A stretch of 6,666 nucleotides of DNA from a virus. The stretch lies in IMG/VR virus record IMGVR_UViG_3300005664_003236; one strand, given 5' to 3'. Numbering within the stretch: position 1 is the stretch's first letter; each line of letters opens with the position of its first letter. Positions 5,438 through 6,666 of the stretch are shown one piece after another. A model generated the notes under the pieces. That model had not been told where the DNA came from and searched no databases. It worked only from the letters and a program-made list of their open reading frames with translations. A program made the position numbers and the translations under genes.

Positions 5438-5679
5438 ACCACCTCCGAATCGGGATCAACATCCCGCGCCAGCTTGCGAACGTCGCGGCGGACGCAAAGG
5501 TCGGTCTGCCAGTAGATATCGGCAACCAGACTGATCGCCAAATCATAGGCCGCGTCATCCACCTCTTGATCAGCGCGCACCTCGACGAGGCGAAGCAGCG
5601 CATTTTCATAGGTGGATATGGGCGCGCGATCCGGTTGCCGGAGACGCGCCCGCACGGGGATACGAAGATGGGTGCTCAT
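5434..5679 (-). CDS. Hypothetical protein, 81 aa
   Basis: The track ORF starts at TTG 5682; ATG 5679-5677 overlaps the upstream stop as TGATG. Its stop overlaps the VP2 start (ATGA 5434-5437). Composition is protein-like (MSTHLRIPVRARLRQPDRAPISTYENALLRLVEVRADQEVDDAAYDLAISLVADIYWQTDLCVRRDVRKLARDVDPDSEVV). Confidence 0.65.
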   Translation of the reverse strand: MSTHLRIPVRARLRQPDRAPISTYENALLRLVEVRADQEVDDAAYDLAISLVADIYWQTDLCVRRDVRKLARDVDPDSEVV

Positions 5680-5867
5680 CAACGCACCATCTGTTTAACG
5701 GTCGCAATCCGCTTGGCGACCTCGTCGTCCGTCATATCGAAGAGGACCTTGACCAGATCGACCGCCACGGTGAGATCGGTCAACTCCGGGCGCATGGCGA
5801 GCCAGAAACATGCGTTCTGCATGGTCGCCTTCGACTGCCGCGCGGTCGCGGCCTTGACGCGGGCCAT
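5679..5867 (-). CDS. Hypothetical protein, 62 aa
   Basis: ATG 5867-5865. Third positions are very G/C-rich on hand inspection. It is coupled to both neighbours through TGATG overlaps. Confidence 0.65.
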   Translation of the reverse strand: MARVKAATARQSKATMQNACFWLAMRPELTDLTVAVDLVKVLFDMTDDEVAKRIATVKQMVR

Positions 5868-5995
5868 CAGAAGCCACCCGCCGCGCAGATCGAGCGATGA
5901 ATCAGCGGGGCCTCCGAAAGCAGCCAGAGGCCGAAGGCACCGGCGGCGGGACCACCCACGAAGGTAAGGATGGTCTTGAACAGCGTGGATTTCAT
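5867..5995 (-). CDS. 42-aa single-pass membrane micro-ORF (first gene of the operon); function unknown, holin-like role possible
   Basis: Not in the ORF track. Hand translation gives MKSTLFKTILTFVGGPAAGAFGLWLLSEAPLIHRSICAAGGF*. GGAG (6005-6008) lies 9 nt upstream of ATG 5995-5993. There is a hydrophobic stretch of ~21 residues (LFKTILTFVGGPAAGAFGLWLL). Third positions are mostly G/C, and the stop overlaps the next start (TGATG). Confidence 0.6.
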   Translation of the reverse strand: MKSTLFKTILTFVGGPAAGAFGLWLLSEAPLIHRSICAAGGF

Positions 5996-6028
5996 GCGAT
6001 TTTTCTCCGAACAGGTTACAGTGGTTCG

Positions 6029-6057
6029 ACTATGACAAAAATCGCCTACTCCGTAAA
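6029..6057 (-). promoter_or_regulatory. Weak sigma70-like promoter candidate for the gene train
   Basis: On the coding strand: TTTACG (6057-6052), a 17-nt spacer, then CATAGT (6034-6029), about 35 nt upstream of the first ATG in the AT-richer part of the non-coding region. This is a pattern match only. A perfect TTGACA at 6189-6184 has no acceptable -10 at 16-18 nt. Confidence 0.2.
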
Positions 6058-6096
6058 GTGTCTATCACCACTCTTTCTCCAAGATTTTGCGAGGGC

Positions 6097-6125
6097 GGAC
6101 AGGGCTTGTGCCCGTCCCTATTTTT
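6097..6125 (+). terminator. Intrinsic-terminator-like hairpin plus T5, oriented on the NON-coding (plus) strand
   Basis: ggac(a)gggc (6097-6105) pairs with gcccgtcc (6110-6117): 8 bp with one bulged A and loop ttgt. It is followed by cta + ttttt (6121-6125). On the coding strand the run is an upstream A5, so it would not terminate there. Confidence 0.3.
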
Positions 6126-6172
6126 CCTTCCAGATATAGCGCCAATTTCTTGGCTTTTTCCGACAATCCAGC

Positions 6173-6200
6173 AGGTTGCATAATGTCAAGTTCGATAAGT
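6173..6200. promoter_or_regulatory. AT-rich core next to the 19-bp hairpin: candidate origin/recombination site (phiX174 nick-site-like decamer on the coding strand; dif half-site-like GCATAATGT)
   Basis: The coding strand 6193-6184 reads GAACTTGACA, against my recollection of the phiX174 A-protein substrate CAACTTGATA (8/10). The plus strand 6178-6186 reads GCATAATGT, identical to the XerC-arm/central junction of E. coli dif (GGTGCGCATAATGTATATTATGTTAAAT). Both could be chance matches. Confidence 0.25.
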
Positions 6201-6206
6201 GAAGGC

Positions 6207-6248
6207 GACACAAGAGAGGGGGCGCTTTCGCGCCCCCTCTCTTGTGTC
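6207..6248. repeat. Perfect 19-bp inverted repeat (hairpin) with 4-nt loop; GAAA loop and GCGAAAGC cap on the coding/packaged strand
   Basis: 6207-6225 (gacacaagagagggggcgc) pairs base for base with 6230-6248 (gcgccccctctcttgtgtc). The loop 6226-6229 is tttc (GAAA on the coding strand). There is no U-tract on either side. The structure is certain; its function is unknown. Confidence 0.9.
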
Positions 6249-6315
6249 ATGCGCGTAAACGAAGGGAGATCAGTCCCAGAATGACAGAGGGGAGGCGCGA
6301 AAGCTAGCGGTCGCC

Positions 6316-6333
6316 AGAAAGGAAGGAAGGAGA
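6316..6333 (+). other. 18-nt all-purine tract (agaaaggaaggaaggaga); polypyrimidine UCUCCUUCCUUCCUUUCU on the coding strand
   Basis: Read directly. It contains a GGAA-type micro-repeat and several overlapping SD-like hexamers on the plus strand, which appear as anti-SD-like CUCCUU on the coding-sense RNA. Confidence 0.8.
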
Positions 6334-6365
6334 TGCACCAGGACGCCAAGCTGTGCCTCCGGCAC

Positions 6366-6463
6366 GGGCGAGCAGAGCCGTTCAGCCTAGGCGATCCTTG
6401 GGGCCGGACCTCGCTACGCTCGCCCCTCACATGTTCGGGGTGCGGCATCCGCCGCAGGTCCGG
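6366..6463. other. GC-rich nested helices in the region downstream of the last gene
   Basis: An 8-bp helix 6404-6411 (ccggacct) / 6456-6463 (aggtccgg) encloses a 5-bp hairpin 6442-6446/6451-6455 (gcggc-atcc-gccgc) and a CCCC/GGGG helix 6423-6426/6437-6440. A competing 8-bp pairing exists at 6366-6373 (gggcgagc) / 6418-6425 (gctcgccc). A further small hairpin lies at 6485-6490/6495-6500. Confidence 0.6.
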
Positions 6464-6504
6464 GGTAAGCGTTTTTTTGCTATGAAGCTGCAAGCAGCTT
6501 GGAG

Positions 6505-6666
6505 CTAGGATTTGCGGTCACACCACGGAACGAAACGGAGTTTCTGATCCCGGTCGGTTCCGCCGCCCGTGTTGTTTGACCTGTTGACACGACTGTCAGT
6601 CGGGCGAGGCTTACACTTCGCGGTCTTGCGTTCCTCGAATTGCTTGACGCCCGCCGATCTGGCCCT
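6505..6666 (-). CDS. 3' portion of the same junction-spanning ORF (unique part 6505-6544; 6545-6666 duplicates 1-122)
   Basis: The minus-strand frame entering at 6666 reads RARSAGVKQFEERKTAKCKPRPTDSRVNRSNNTGGGTDRDQKLRFVPWCDRKS and stops at TAG (6507-6505). There is no start codon in this copy, which explains its absence from the ORF track. Confidence 0.6.
   Translation of the reverse strand, partial: RARSAGVKQFEERKTAKCKPRPTDSRVNRSNNTGGGTDRDQKLRFVPWCDRKS
6545..6666. repeat. Terminal direct repeat, copy 2 (circularisation overlap)
   Basis: Base-for-base identical to 1-122. The repeat stops exactly at the window end. Confidence 0.97.

Larger units (their letters stand above)
1..6544 (-). other. 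One full unit of a circular Microviridae-type ssDNA phage genome (6,544 nt); the coding/packaged-sense strand is the reverse complement of the window
   Basis: Exact end redundancy (1-122 = 6545-6666). HUH Rep, F/VP1-like capsid gene and pilot-like gene are present, all genes are co-oriented, and total size is ~6.5 kb. An ORF reads continuously through the junction. Confidence 0.85.

Noticed and set aside
6411-6416. TAGCGA on the coding strand, resembling the CS-6 (TAGCGT/A) element of plasmid ssoA origins
   Set aside because: A hexamer is expected several times by chance in 6.5 kb, and it is not in a terminal loop in any fold I could draw.
6400-6480. Possible tRNA or tRNA-like element (TTCGGGG resembles a T-loop)
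   Set aside because: No 7-bp acceptor stem, D-arm or anticodon arm could be drawn on either strand. The helices fit a generic branched GC structure instead.
6333-6485. 50-aa plus-strand ORF preceded by the GGAAGGAAGGAG purine tract
   Set aside because: It is tempting because of the SD-like tract and G/C-rich third positions. However, second positions are also G/C-rich and the product (MHQDAKLCLRHGRAEPFSLGDPWGRTSLRS...) is R/G/S/L/C-dominated, like random GC-rich frames. It coincides entirely with the nested helices, and no microvirus gene I know of is on the complementary strand.
6065-6493. 142-aa minus-strand ORF filling the non-coding region
   Set aside because: It has a TTG start without an SD and is mostly R/S/P/L-rich. 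It runs straight through the 19-bp hairpin, the homopyrimidine tract and the nested helices. Its last 38 codons (ATG 6181, MQPAGLSEKAKKLALYLEGKIGTGTSPVRPRKILEKEW) look more protein-like. They have no SD and lower third-position G/C, and they contain the 6097-6117 hairpin, so I left them unannotated as a doubtful micro-ORF.

Overview
The window is one complete, circularly permuted genome of a Microviridae-type ssDNA phage (unit length 6,544 nt) plus 122 nt of terminal redundancy: bases 1-122 are identical to 6545-6666. Every credible gene lies on the minus strand, so the coding strand (and, by family rule, the packaged strand) is the reverse complement of what is shown. Gene order on that strand, starting from the ~0.5-kb non-coding region (5996-6504): a 42-aa transmembrane micro-ORF (not in the ORF track); 62-aa and 81-aa ORFs; a pilot/VP2-like protein (273 aa); a 35-aa polycationic J-like micro-ORF (not in the track); the major capsid VP1/F (529 aa); a 152-aa coiled-coil/Pro-rich orphan; a 107-aa orphan; a T7-lysozyme-type amidase (152 aa, so the 233-aa track ORF is over-extended); a 49-aa polycationic ORF; a GC hairpin; and an HUH rolling-circle Rep (417 aa from ATG 1452). 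Last comes a 104-aa ORF that overlaps the rep 3' end in the +1 frame and runs across the circular junction. It is therefore split between the two window ends and is absent from the ORF track. Ten genes (5995 down to 1546) are chained by ATGA/TGATG/GTGA overlaps with no spacer longer than 2 nt. The non-coding region holds a perfect 19-bp hairpin with a GAAA loop, a partial third copy of its arm, weak resemblances to the phiX174 nick site and to a dif arm, an 18-nt all-purine tract and nested GC helices. All long plus-strand ORFs, including the 614-aa one, are antisense shadows. The ORF track prints M for TTG/GTG starts, so several starts were re-derived by hand. Nothing could be checked against databases. 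Family and function calls rest on motifs recognised by eye and on remembered reference sequences.
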